64,000 nucleotides of DNA, taken from assembly GCA_021796215.1 (NCBI GenBank), contig JAJYOK010000001.1:6934-70933 (forward strand). The letters are read 5' to 3'. The notes below the pieces were generated by a model. The model did not search any database, was not told the origin of the DNA, and was given only the letters and a program-made list of their open reading frames with translations. Positions within the stretch are counted from its first letter, which is position 1. Every line of letters starts with the position of its first letter. Source of the stretch: Bacteroidota bacterium (GTDB lineage Bacteria; Bacteroidota; Ignavibacteria; UBA10030; UBA8401). Below, piece after piece: positions 11,101 through 19,171 of this stretch. The position numbers were made by a program, and so were the translations under genes.

Positions 11101-11351
11101 TTGAAACGGCACAGCGCGGAAAGGAAACTCTTTCCGGCTTGCAGACGAAAGAATCATATCTTATGGCATTACTGCAAAGCGCTGACATGAAGCCGACAAC
11201 CCAGGCGGTTGCGGGAGTTGAACAGGTACAGAAATCGCTTGAGGAATTGCTCGGACGATGGAATGAGATTGAGACAAAAGATGTGAAGACTATGAATGAG
11301 CAATTGCGGAGGATGAATCTGAAGAAAATTGTTGTGGAGAGTAACCAATAG
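8115..11351 (+). CDS. Secreted BNR/Asp-box (VPS10/sortilin-like) glycosyl-hydrolase-like protein
   Basis: WRMIGPFRGGR start motif; many SxDGGxTW Asp-boxes; C-terminal DPR plus coiled region. Confidence 0.85.
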   Translation: MFKFRQFLFTIFSLAVFFFLAIAQEFNPNLYQDMCWRMIGPFRGGRTVGAAGVSQQPNVFYIGVNNGGVWKTNDYGRTWKPIFDSEPTGSIGTIAVAPSDPNIIFVGSGEGLHRPDLSVGDGIYKSTDAGKTWIHLGLRDGQQIPKIAIDQKNPDRIFAAVLGHPYGPNKERGIYRSLDGGKTFEQVLYKDVNTGGDDVAIDPSDPNIVYATLWEDREGPWENGSWNGTNGGIFKSTDGGTTWRKLTNGLTDSLVQAHIAIAPNNSNIVYTVIATTKGNNYGTGTGMGLYRSDDKGEHWQKISNDGRAEARIGGGDLPELAVDPNNSETLFSTSISLWKSTDGGKNWKAIRGAPGGDDYQNIWINPNNPDIMLVTADQGAIITVNGGETWSSWYNQPTAQLYHVAADNQFPYNVYGGQQESGSVGIASRGNDGEITFREWHSVAAEEYAYIAPDPLHPNIIYGGKVSKYDRTTGQVQNVAPEAVRSGKYRFIRTMPILFSPVDPHILFLASNVLFKTTSGGDRWEIISPDLSREKPKVPESVGIFHTAQLDSMARRGVIYAVAPSSKDVNVIWAGTDDGLVHVTWDGGKKWDDVTPNELSSWSKIAQIDAGHFDTQTAYIAVNRLRLDDMRPHIYRTHDGGKTWKEIVHGLPDNGPVNTVREDPERKGLLFAGTELAVYVSFNDGGEWQPLRLNMPATSIRDLVIHENDLVAATHGRSFWILDDITPLRQINGASAQANAFLFKPEDAYRVRWDMNTDTPLPPDEPAGKNPPDGAIIDYSLMNDAKEISLEIFDSEGKLVRKFSSNDTEKSQGDVPIDTTTLPHPTYWIRPPQILSAKSGMQRFVWDLHFAPPEGIPRSYPIAAVYHDTPGRPVGPWVQPGEYLVKLTVDGKTYSQPLTVKMDPRVKTTPAELHEQYTLSMKCYSGLNQLYAAIEKIRSLRQQVKTILAQVKDENTKKSQPEADALLTQLTMLLSRAAALEGGEAEGDIDVVYSSVETAQRGKETLSGLQTKESYLMALLQSADMKPTTQAVAGVEQVQKSLEELLGRWNEIETKDVKTMNEQLRRMNLKKIVVESNQ

Positions 11352-11372
11352 TCTGAAGTTGAACAAAGTGAA

Positions 11373-11395
11373 ATCCCGCCGCTTTTCGGCGGGAT
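11373..11395. terminator. GC-rich hairpin followed by heptamer repeats (terminator or REP-like)
   Basis: atcccgccg-ctttt-cggcgggat just after stop; followed by cagaagt-cagaggc-cggaagt-cagaatt rather than a U-tract. Confidence 0.45.
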
Positions 11396-11426
11396 CAGAA
11401 GTCAGAGGCCGGAAGTCAGAATTTGA

Positions 11427-12791
11427 ATGAGATACATATATTTTCTTGCTGGAATTTTTCTCCTTCACTGCGTCGCTGATGCGCAAGACAGCACTTTTAT
11501 TCGCGGAGCGGACATCTCTGCCGCGCAGCAAATTGAAAACGCCGGTGGCGTGTGGAAGCTGAACGGCAGTCCGCACGATCTGCTCGATATTTTTAAGCAA
11601 AGCGGCGCAAACTATATTCGGCTTCGCCTTTGGCACTCCCCGTCAGATGGCTACTGCGGCTTGGATTCGACCGCAACGTTTGCCGAAAAAGTTAAAGCCG
11701 AGGGGTTCAAATTTCTTCTTGATATTCATTACTCCGATACGTGGGCGGATCCGGGACATCAAACAAAACCGGCGGCATGGGCAAATCTTTCATTCGCTGA
11801 TTTGACTGATAGCGTTTACTCGTACACGAAAAATGTCATTACCGTTCTGAAAGCTCACAACGCAATTCCGGATATGGTGCAAATCGGAAATGAAATAACT
11901 AGTGGAATGTTATGGCCCGACGGCAAGCTCAACGGTTCCACCGGCTGGAGCAATTTTGCCGCACTTTTGAAAGCGGGCATTCAAGGCGTGAAGGATGTTG
12001 ATACGACAATTCGCATTATGATTCACATTGACAAAGGAGGAGACAATTCCGCCAGCAGGTGGTTCTTTGATAATCTAACGGCGCAGGGAGTCAGCTTTGA
12101 TGTTATCGGTCTGTCGTATTATCCATGGTGGCAGGGAACATTGCCGGCACTTCAAAATAATATGAACGATCTGGCTGTCCGCTACAACAAAAAGATTGTC
12201 GTTGCAGAAACAGCATATCCGTGGACGTTAGGCTGGAACGACAACGCGGCAAACATTGTCGGAGATTCCAGCCAGCTTCTGCCGGATTATCCGGCCACAG
12301 TGGACGGACAAAGAAATTTTCTTTACAGTCTCATCCAAACAGTTTCAAGTATTCCGGGTAATAACGGTATGGGATTTTTTTATTGGGAGCCGGATTGGAT
12401 TTCAGCTTCTCAGTTCGGCTCTCCGTGGGAGAATGTAACGCTGTTTGATTTTTCGGGAGAGGCGTTAAATTCCATTTCGGTTTTTAATTCAACACCTGTC
12501 GGTGTATTGTCCTCGAGCGCATCGCCTCATTCATTCAGCTTATATCAGAATTATCCGAATCCGTTCAACCCCAGCACGAATATCGAATACAGAATACCGA
12601 ACACGGAATTTGTTACGCTTGAAGTGTACGATGTTTTAGGAAGAGAAGTTGCTGCACTTGTGAACGAGAGAAAATTGCCGGGGACGTATGATGTTGAATG
12701 GAATGCGAGCAGTCTTTCAAGCGGCGTCTATTTTTATCGCTTGCAGGCAGGAAGTTTTACGGAAACAAAAAAATTGCTGTTGATTAAGTAA
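11427..12791 (+). CDS. Arabinogalactan endo-beta-1,4-galactanase (GH53) with T9SS C-terminal sorting domain
   Basis: GADIS, IRLRLW, DIHYSDTWADPGHQ, VQIGNE, SYYPWW, AETAYP, FYWEP; C-terminal QNYPNPFNPST...GVYFYRL...TKK. Confidence 0.93.
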   Translation: MRYIYFLAGIFLLHCVADAQDSTFIRGADISAAQQIENAGGVWKLNGSPHDLLDIFKQSGANYIRLRLWHSPSDGYCGLDSTATFAEKVKAEGFKFLLDIHYSDTWADPGHQTKPAAWANLSFADLTDSVYSYTKNVITVLKAHNAIPDMVQIGNEITSGMLWPDGKLNGSTGWSNFAALLKAGIQGVKDVDTTIRIMIHIDKGGDNSASRWFFDNLTAQGVSFDVIGLSYYPWWQGTLPALQNNMNDLAVRYNKKIVVAETAYPWTLGWNDNAANIVGDSSQLLPDYPATVDGQRNFLYSLIQTVSSIPGNNGMGFFYWEPDWISASQFGSPWENVTLFDFSGEALNSISVFNSTPVGVLSSSASPHSFSLYQNYPNPFNPSTNIEYRIPNTEFVTLEVYDVLGREVAALVNERKLPGTYDVEWNASSLSSGVYFYRLQAGSFTETKKLLLIK

Positions 12792-12925
12792 AAAGCAGCT
12801 AATTCTGGCAAAAAGGCTGTTTTCAATCAAAAAGACCACTTTCGCCGCCAGAAAAATGAGTTTCGTTGTCAGGAAAATGAGTAATGCCAACCGGAATTGG
12901 AGGATGTTTAACTCATTTTTTTGGC

Positions 12926-13034
12926 TTGACCTTCGGGAATGTTTTATTTACTTTGGGTGCAGTCAATTCTATTGACGGCTGTTCGCCGCAGCGTGAGTTG
13001 ATTTTTTTGAGAGGACGGCGAAACAGTCCCTTAC
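12926..13034 (+). repeat. 109-bp direct repeat copy 1: sigma70-like promoter plus structured leader / candidate ncRNA
   Basis: TTGACC-17bp-TACTTT, then hairpin gtcaat/attgac and stem ggctgttcgccg/cggcgaaacagtc; 104/109 identical to 13664-13772. Confidence 0.8.
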
Positions 13035-13072
13035 TTTTTACTAGGGGCGGAGTTTTACTTTTACAACACTCA

Positions 13073-13597
13073 ATGATTAAAGCAACCCATTCACTTATTC
13101 CAACAGATCGAATTGAACAGCGCATCTATTTTCTGCGCGGCGAGAAGGTCATGCTTAGCACAGACCTTGCCAGTCTATATCAAGTGGCGCCGCGTGTGCT
13201 GGTGCAGGCGGTAAAAAGAAACACCGAACGTTTTCCAAAAGATTTCATGTTTCAACTGACAAAGGATGAGTTTCTGAACTTGAAATCACAGATTGTGACT
13301 TCAAGATGGGGCGGTTTACGCAGGGCAACACCTTATGCATTTACTGAGCAGGGTGTTGCAATGCTGTCCAGCATTCTGAGAAGTAAACGGGCTGTTCGGG
13401 TGAATATCGAGATCATGCGGGCATTTGTACGCTTGCGTAAACTGCTTGCCTCTAATGAAGAACTCGCGCACAAACTTGAGCTGCTGGAGAAGAAATACGA
13501 TGCTCAGTTTAAGGTTGTGTTTGAAGCAATTAGGGAACTTATGACTCCTCCGGAGCCGAAGCGCCGGCCTATCGGTTTTGGCAGAGAAAGCGAGTAA
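13073..13597 (+). CDS. ORF6N domain DNA-binding protein (antirepressor-associated family)
   Basis: [48 protein letters not shown], terminal RPIGF; the ORF-track N-terminal extension is translated repeat. Confidence 0.92.
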   Translation: MIKATHSLIPTDRIEQRIYFLRGEKVMLSTDLASLYQVAPRVLVQAVKRNTERFPKDFMFQLTKDEFLNLKSQIVTSRWGGLRRATPYAFTEQGVAMLSSILRSKRAVRVNIEIMRAFVRLRKLLASNEELAHKLELLEKKYDAQFKVVFEAIRELMTPPEPKRRPIGFGRESE

Positions 13598-13663
13598 CAG
13601 ATATTTTGAGTGAGGGCGGTTTTCCACGACAAGGCAGCCACGCTTTTAATGTGGTTTTTTAAT

Positions 13664-13772
13664 TTGACCTTCGGGAATGTTCTATTTACTTTGGATACAG
13701 TCAATTCTATTGACGGCTGTTCGCCGCAGCGCGAGTTGATTTTTTTGAGAGGACGGCGAGACAGTCCCTTAC
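13664..13772 (+). repeat. 109-bp direct repeat copy 2
   Basis: Same length as copy 1 with 5 substitutions. Confidence 0.8.
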
Positions 13773-13960
13773 CGAATACAGGAGCTGCGTGGAAAAGAGT
13801 TTTCACACCAAAAAATGATCACACAAAAAAGAAATAGACGCACCTGTCCACCACGCCGTCTGGTGGATGCGTTTAGCACACCAGATTTTGGTTGATAGAC
13901 GAACATGTGCGGTGAGCAAAGAGTTAAGCGCAATGTTACCTCCATCGAAAGGAGAAGTTC

Positions 13961-14470
13961 GTGAGTTTAGGTTATGTTGAAGAATTGGCAGTTCGCTATT
14001 TCCGTAAGAAAGGATATTTGGTCCATACCAATATCTGGTTCCAACTGAAAAAGGAGCGCACAAAGAAGAAGGTGGCTGGTTGGTCTGATATTGATATGCT
14101 TGCTCTCTCAAAGAACGATGCCTTGATCGTTCAATGCAAGAGTTTTCTCGGCACAAAGAAATCAGAGAGTATTGTCAAGGAACTCATTGCTTGGTTCAAG
14201 AATGCTGAAGATTATCTAGAGACCGATTCACATTGGAAGCAGTGGATCGAAAGACGCACTCTCAAGCGATGTTTAGTAGTCGACATTTCCGTGAAGAAAA
14301 CGGAAACGGGGTTAAAGAACGAGAACGTCGAAGTAGTTCATTACACCTCTTTGCTGACTGATTTAATAGATATGCTTAAAACCTCTGAAATCAGAAAAGG
14401 CAAAGAAGACGACCCTATCATCAGGCTTCTTTGTGCGCTGATTGATAAAAAATTGCTCAAGAAAAAATGA
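13961..14470 (+). CDS. Integron cassette gene: PD-(D/E)XK restriction-endonuclease-like protein
   Basis: RBS ggag; E..A..YF..KGY, SDIDMLA, LIVQCKS; preceded by core site GTTAAGC (13923) and followed by attC. Confidence 0.7.
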   Translation: MSLGYVEELAVRYFRKKGYLVHTNIWFQLKKERTKKKVAGWSDIDMLALSKNDALIVQCKSFLGTKKSESIVKELIAWFKNAEDYLETDSHWKQWIERRTLKRCLVVDISVKKTETGLKNENVEVVHYTSLLTDLIDMLKTSEIRKGKEDDPIIRLLCALIDKKLLKKK

Positions 14471-14489
14471 TTGCAGTCGGCAACACTGC

Positions 14490-14623
14490 GGCTAACACGG
14501 CAAACAACGACGCTCCATTTATGATTGAAGGAAATTATAGTTGTCGCTCACTGCTTTTGCTCAGGGAGAATTTGTCGTTTGAGGGTTCGCAAAAGCAATG
14601 CGTTGTTCGCCGAAACGTTATGC
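14490..14623 (+). mobile_element. attC recombination site (integron cassette 1)
   Basis: R'' GGCTAAC ... R' GTTATGC; inner arms cggcaaacaacg / cgttgttcgccg pair 11/12. Confidence 0.75.
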
Positions 14624-14657
14624 ACAAGCACGCGCCTTCAATCAGTGAGGTCCAGAC

Positions 14658-15104
14658 ATGGAATCAATAGCGGTGAAATTAACCAGCTCTCAATTCAGCA
14701 AGTTGAATTCACTATTCAACCAATCAGGCAAAAGTGCCGACGTTGGCAAGCGAGCGGTCGAGATTGTCAAGATCTACTTTATGAGTAAAAACCCAAGATG
14801 TACTTTTCCGGTCCCACCATCAGGAGTGGACCTCGTTGTGCAAGAAAATCGCAGTCGAAAGAAATTGGAGATAAAGGGCACCTCTGAGTTAAATATTGCG
14901 TGGGGCAAACTAGGGGTTTCTGGTTGTCCATCTTTTGACAAGTTAAAGAAGGGAATGCCACTCTACCGAGTGACTGGAGTGTTTGAGGAAACTCCACAGA
15001 TTTATGTGTTGCGATTCAAGAAGGATTTCAGAATGCAGAAGGAACCGAGATGGAGAATTGTCCAAACAACGAGCAATAAACAAGAGCCGCGTACTTGCGC
15101 ATAA
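14658..15104 (+). CDS. Integron cassette gene: PD-(D/E)XK nuclease-like protein (DUF3883/NO VEIN-like)
   Basis: GKRAVEIV, SGVDLVV, LEIKGT motifs; TAA stop lies inside R'' of the following attC. Confidence 0.65.
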   Translation: MESIAVKLTSSQFSKLNSLFNQSGKSADVGKRAVEIVKIYFMSKNPRCTFPVPPSGVDLVVQENRSRKKLEIKGTSELNIAWGKLGVSGCPSFDKLKKGMPLYRVTGVFEETPQIYVLRFKKDFRMQKEPRWRIVQTTSNKQEPRTCA

Positions 15105-15195
15105 CAAGCGGGACAAAGGCGCTCGTCATTTTTATATGTCGAACTCGCTTCATTGCGTTCGCCCGCATCGACTTCTTCCCGACGAGACGTTATGC
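15099..15195 (+). mobile_element. attC recombination site (integron cassette 2)
   Basis: R'' GCATAAC and R' GTTATGC perfectly complementary; cggga/tcccg inner arms; cassette start gttatgcacaag matches reverse complement of its end cttgcgcataac 11/12. Confidence 0.8.
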
Positions 15196-15233
15196 GTCAC
15201 TGTTTCTCACTCATCATCTAAGAAGGAGAACTT

Positions 15234-15584
15234 ATGAACTGTCCATCGTGTAATCAGTTGGCTACTTCATTTCTGCGAAATACATTTTCACGTCAGGGCG
15301 TTTCCATCACCCAATCAGCAAAGGGATATCTCAAATGCCAGCATTGCGGAACGCTTCTGCGCATTACGGGCTTTGGCAAACAATTTTGGTATTACTTTAC
15401 CGGAACATTTATCGTGTTAGCGGCATTCGCGCTTTTGTACCGGCGGCTGATGGAAACTGCGGGGACCGGAGCAACCGCGGCGATCTGGATTGTGATTGTG
15501 CTGGGGGTAATGTTCGTTGTTACTTTCGGCCTCTGGAAGAATGCGCAGGTTGAAAAGGTTGACGAAGGCGCGCCGGCAAAGTGA
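15234..15584 (+). CDS. Small membrane protein with Zn-ribbon (CxxC...CxxC); possibly a third, attC-less cassette
   Basis: RBS aggag; CPSC and CQHC; two TM helices. Confidence 0.7.
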   Translation: MNCPSCNQLATSFLRNTFSRQGVSITQSAKGYLKCQHCGTLLRITGFGKQFWYYFTGTFIVLAAFALLYRRLMETAGTGATAAIWIVIVLGVMFVVTFGLWKNAQVEKVDEGAPAK

Positions 15585-15655
15585 GCTTTCACGTCTTCGC
15601 GTCTTTGCGTGAGAGAGATTTAATTCTGCAGGTACATACTAAAGGAGAACGAACC

Positions 15656-15865
15656 ATGAACATTAAAAAATATTCGATTGACTTCGCGCTGACATTCGTT
15701 GTCGTGCTTGTTGTCAGCATCATTGTTACTTTCCTTTACAGTCTGATTGCGCACGGTGAGGGTGCTGTTGACTGGGAGACAGCCTTTCGTCTGGCGATCA
15801 TCCTTGGAATTGTGCTGCCGTGGGTGCATCTCCGCGAGCAGAAGAATAAAGCAACGATGCCTTAA
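15656..15865 (+). CDS. Small two-TM hypothetical protein
   Basis: RBS aaggag upstream of ATG 15656; two hydrophobic helices. Confidence 0.7.
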   Translation: MNIKKYSIDFALTFVVVLVVSIIVTFLYSLIAHGEGAVDWETAFRLAIILGIVLPWVHLREQKNKATMP

Positions 15866-15878
15866 TTGTTGTGGTTAG

Positions 15879-16259
15879 ATGAACGAGAAGATGATGAAAA
15901 TAAGTGAAGAAAGTTTTGAAGAGTTAAGAAAGCTTGAAGAATCGCTCTATGTTACAAAGACACGTTTCGACTCCGCTTATGTAAGCCGCATTTTTGCACC
16001 GGGCTTTTTTGAGTTCGGCAAATCGGGAAGAATATACACGCGCGAAGAAGCTCTTGCCGCGCCTTCGCATGAAATTAACGCACAGCTTCCGCTGAAGAAT
16101 TTTAAAGTTCATCCCGTCACGAATGATATCGTGCTTGTAACGTATGTAAGTGAAGTGCAATCCGACACGCTTGAAGTGACAAACAGAAGCTCACTCTGGA
16201 TGCGAACGCGGAACGGATGGCAATTGCAGTTTCATCAGGGGACGCCGGTGCGAAAGTAG
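15879..16259 (+). CDS. DUF4440 / NTF2-like protein
   Basis: FFEFGKSGRIYTR, RSSLW, WQLQFHQGT. Confidence 0.88.
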   Translation: MNEKMMKISEESFEELRKLEESLYVTKTRFDSAYVSRIFAPGFFEFGKSGRIYTREEALAAPSHEINAQLPLKNFKVHPVTNDIVLVTYVSEVQSDTLEVTNRSSLWMRTRNGWQLQFHQGTPVRK

Positions 16260-16339
16260 AGTCGCCTGTGCTGTTTAGCATAAAGAGATTTATGTTAAAA
16301 TGGTTTGGTAATTTTCGTATGTTGAGCCTCTAAATGTAA

Positions 16340-16363
16340 CGTTCCCAACTGAGCTTGGGAACG
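16340..16363. repeat. REP-like palindrome (CGTTCCCA...TGGGAACG)
   Basis: cgttcccaa-ctgagc-ttgggaacg followed by agataa. Confidence 0.7.
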
Positions 16364-16387
16364 AGATAAAAAGCCAAGTGGAAGAGA

Positions 16388-17013
16388 ATGACTGCAAAGG
16401 AGATTATTCAAGGGAACATTAACAGAGTAGCAGAAACCCATTTTATTCTCCGCTCTGTGCTTGTTAGTGCTCTAAAGAATCAAATCACACTGAAGAGGGC
16501 AAAAGGTTTCTTAATGGTGCAAGCACCTACTATGAATATTGGACGAGAAGTTTAAGTGATAAATTTTACGATATGGGCACGCTTGTTCGGCTTGGAACAG
16601 AAATAGAAAATGCCCTCAAATATTACTACATGGAAAAGAAAGATTATCGAGACTTAATTGATTTGAAAAGGGATATTAATTTCGAAAAGAACATCTTTCA
16701 AAGAATAATGCCTTGGACACAAAACAATGTGTTGGATTTGTATAAAGTTCAATTGAATATTGACCTGCACAACAATTCCAAATTGAAAAATATTCAGGAA
16801 CTAATGCTTTGCAGACATTTGTACGCACATAATTCAGGACTGTTGAATGACGATTTTATAAGTAAGTACCAACGACTAACAGATGTAGATGTCACCAAAT
16901 TGCCAAACATTGCGGCTATTTATCCCGCAAACGACACTTACTATTTTAGTCCATTAAATAAACTTGATAATTTCATTGAGGATTGCCGAAACTTTATTAG
17001 GCAGTTACCATAA
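16388..17013 (+). pseudogene. Frameshifted HEPN-like (Rx4H) protein
   Basis: ATG 16388 frame stops near 16555; the frame of the 16573 ORF is open from 16468; AT-rich; C-terminal part has RHLYAHNSG. Confidence 0.55.
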
Positions 17014-17034
17014 CAGGTGGAGAAAATATTTTAT

Positions 17035-17122
17035 CTCGCTCCCACATTCTGCGTGGAAGTGAATGCGAGACGCTCAACGTTGAAAAAACCTTGAAACGTT
17101 CCCACGCCGGAGCGTGGGAACG
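17035..17122. repeat. REP doublet (REPIN-like)
   Basis: Degenerate ctcgctcccac..gtggaagtga plus perfect cgttcccacgc-cgga-gcgtgggaacg followed by agataa. Confidence 0.65.
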
Positions 17123-17187
17123 AGATAACGGCGTGCGGGAATGACAGTTTTGAGAGAGCACCGAGTAGTTACCAACATGGAAGAAAT

Positions 17188-18750
17188 ATGAAAAAGTTCA
17201 GCTACGGTTTCATCAAGGAACACAAATATCTTTTTCTTATCGCTTCGCTCAACTTCGTGCTTATCTATGCATCATCGTTTGTAAAAGCGTACGGTTATTT
17301 CATTGACGAGTTCTATTATATCGCGTGCGCCGCGAGGCCCGCGTTCGGGTACGTTGACCATCCTCCGTTAGCTCCGTTTATTCTTACGGCGTTTTCGTTT
17401 TTCTTCGGCACGTCGCTTCTTGCCATAAGAATTTTGCCGGCACTGGCGCAATCTGCTTCTGTGTTCTATACCGGAATGCTGGCAAAAGAAATCGGCGGCG
17501 GGAGATTTGCGCAGTGTCTCGCCGCATGCGCCATGGCAGCCTCGCCGGTGATTGTGGCATTCGGCGCATTTTATTCTATGAACGCATACGAGCCGCTGCT
17601 TGCAATTGTGCTTCTGATTTTTACAGTGAGAATGATAAAAGAAAATAATCCTCAGCGGTGGGTTGTGCTCGGCATTATCATGGGCTTGGGGATGATGAAC
17701 AAACATACGTTTGCGGTTTTTATTGCCGGGCTGGTTTTTTCTCTGCTTATGACCGGGCAATGGAGACTTGTTTTCAATAAATGGTTTGCCGCCGGTTCGC
17801 TGATCGCGCTTTTCATCTTCTTGCCGAACATTTTGTGGCAAGTGCAGAACAATTATCCTTCGCTTGAGTTCTATAGAAATATCAGCGCGCACAAAAATGT
17901 TTACACTCCGCCGCTCACCTTCTTTGAAAATCAGGTAATGGAAATGTCTCCTTCTTCTTTTCCGATCTGGTGTGCAGGGATAATATTTTTATTCTTCTCC
18001 AAAAGTGTGAAGAGCTGCAAATTTCTTGCGGCACTGTTTTTAAGCCTGTTCCTTTTTATGATGATTTCGGGGTCAAGCCGTCCGGACAGGCTGATGTTCG
18101 CGTATCCCGCGGTTTTTGCCGGCGGCGGTTTCTTTTTCGAACGCTTCATACTCAAGCACAACGCGCGGTGGCTGAAAGCGGCGCTGATAGTTTTCCTGTA
18201 TGCCGGACTTGCAATCGGAGTGCCCGTGATCCTTCCGTACTTTACTTATGAACAAGTGCGTTCGTACACAAAATTTCTGGGATTGAACACAGAGCTTGAA
18301 ACAGGAAATAAACCGCCTCTTCCACAGATTCTTGCGGACAGAATAGGGTGGAAGGAAAAATTCAATCTGGTTCTCAACGCGTATCAAAGTCTGCCGGATT
18401 CGGAAAAAGCGAAGACAATAATTGCGGCTGAAAATTACGGGCAGGCGGGCGCGCTTGAGCTTTACGGCAAGAAATATGATTTTCCTTTCGTTGCATCAGG
18501 GCATAACACGTATTATTTGTGGAGCAAAGAAAAATTAGAAAGTGGTACGGATTTTAAGATTCTTCTTCAATTGGGGTATGAAAGAGATTTGAGCGGATTG
18601 AAAAATGTTTTTGATAGTGTTGAAGTGTATCCGGGAGAGTTTACAAACGAGTACGTTACGTCGCACGAAAACCATCTTAAAGTTTTTATTTGCCGCGGAC
18701 CCAAAATTCCGCCTTTGGAAATGTTGGAAAGAGGAAGGTTTTATTATTAA
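17188..18750 (+). CDS. GT39/PMT_2-like integral membrane glycosyltransferase
   Basis: DEFYY, GYVDHPPL, about 11 TM helices, NYGQAGA and SGHN motifs. Confidence 0.88.
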   Translation: MKKFSYGFIKEHKYLFLIASLNFVLIYASSFVKAYGYFIDEFYYIACAARPAFGYVDHPPLAPFILTAFSFFFGTSLLAIRILPALAQSASVFYTGMLAKEIGGGRFAQCLAACAMAASPVIVAFGAFYSMNAYEPLLAIVLLIFTVRMIKENNPQRWVVLGIIMGLGMMNKHTFAVFIAGLVFSLLMTGQWRLVFNKWFAAGSLIALFIFLPNILWQVQNNYPSLEFYRNISAHKNVYTPPLTFFENQVMEMSPSSFPIWCAGIIFLFFSKSVKSCKFLAALFLSLFLFMMISGSSRPDRLMFAYPAVFAGGGFFFERFILKHNARWLKAALIVFLYAGLAIGVPVILPYFTYEQVRSYTKFLGLNTELETGNKPPLPQILADRIGWKEKFNLVLNAYQSLPDSEKAKTIIAAENYGQAGALELYGKKYDFPFVASGHNTYYLWSKEKLESGTDFKILLQLGYERDLSGLKNVFDSVEVYPGEFTNEYVTSHENHLKVFICRGPKIPPLEMLERGRFYY

Positions 18751-18772
18751 TTGATGTTACGCAGAAACCTTC

Positions 18773-18913
18773 TTTCAATAGCCACGACATTTATGTCGTG
18801 GAAAAAGAAGCTACCCCCTCTCGGGGCTTTAGCCCAAAACAGTATGATTTCGGCTAAAGCCGACTTTGGTTTGGCATATTCCACCCACGGCCTGAAGGTC
18901 GTGGCAATAGAAA
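18773..18913. repeat. REPIN-like nested palindrome (GCCACG / GGCTTTAGCC family)
   Basis: ccacgacat-tt-atgtcgtgg; ggctttagcc...ggctaaagcc; ccacggcc-tgaa-ggtcgtgg; outer ends complementary. Confidence 0.7.
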
Positions 18914-19171
18914 ATCTATCTTTGCGTACCATCACTTATTAAGTCGTGTTACACACACGCTCCCTGTCACTTCTGAAGGAATTCGAGTACGATCGGCGGG
19001 TACATTTGGGACGGAACGAGGGGATGTTTTGATTTGTTTTGTCGGGTAACATACCATTCATGAGTTGCATTGCCGGACATGATTTGAGAAGTTTATCCGC
19101 CGCTCCATGCGGTTTCATGTGCCTGCACGCATCGTTATTATTGACGGTTTACAGCAAAACTAAGGAGAAAC

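Noticed and set aside
12884-13072. N-terminal extension of the ORF6N ORF, and ORFs 13610-13837, 12913-13125 and 13504-13806
   Set aside because: These are translations of the 109-bp repeat on either strand, not credible proteins
12926-13772. 109-bp repeat pair as DGR template/variable repeats, with the four-helix bundle as Avd
   Set aside because: Mismatches (T/C, G/A, G/A, T/C, A/G) are not one-directional adenine changes, both copies are non-coding, and no reverse transcriptase is in the window
13837-13929. Complete attC or attI upstream of the first cassette
   Set aside because: A hairpin (tccacca/tggtgga) and the GTTAAGC core are present, but no matching RYYYAAC R'' box or adjacent integrase was found
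18747-18942. Two short opposing ORFs (62 and 63 aa)
   Set aside because: They coincide with the palindromic REPIN-like element
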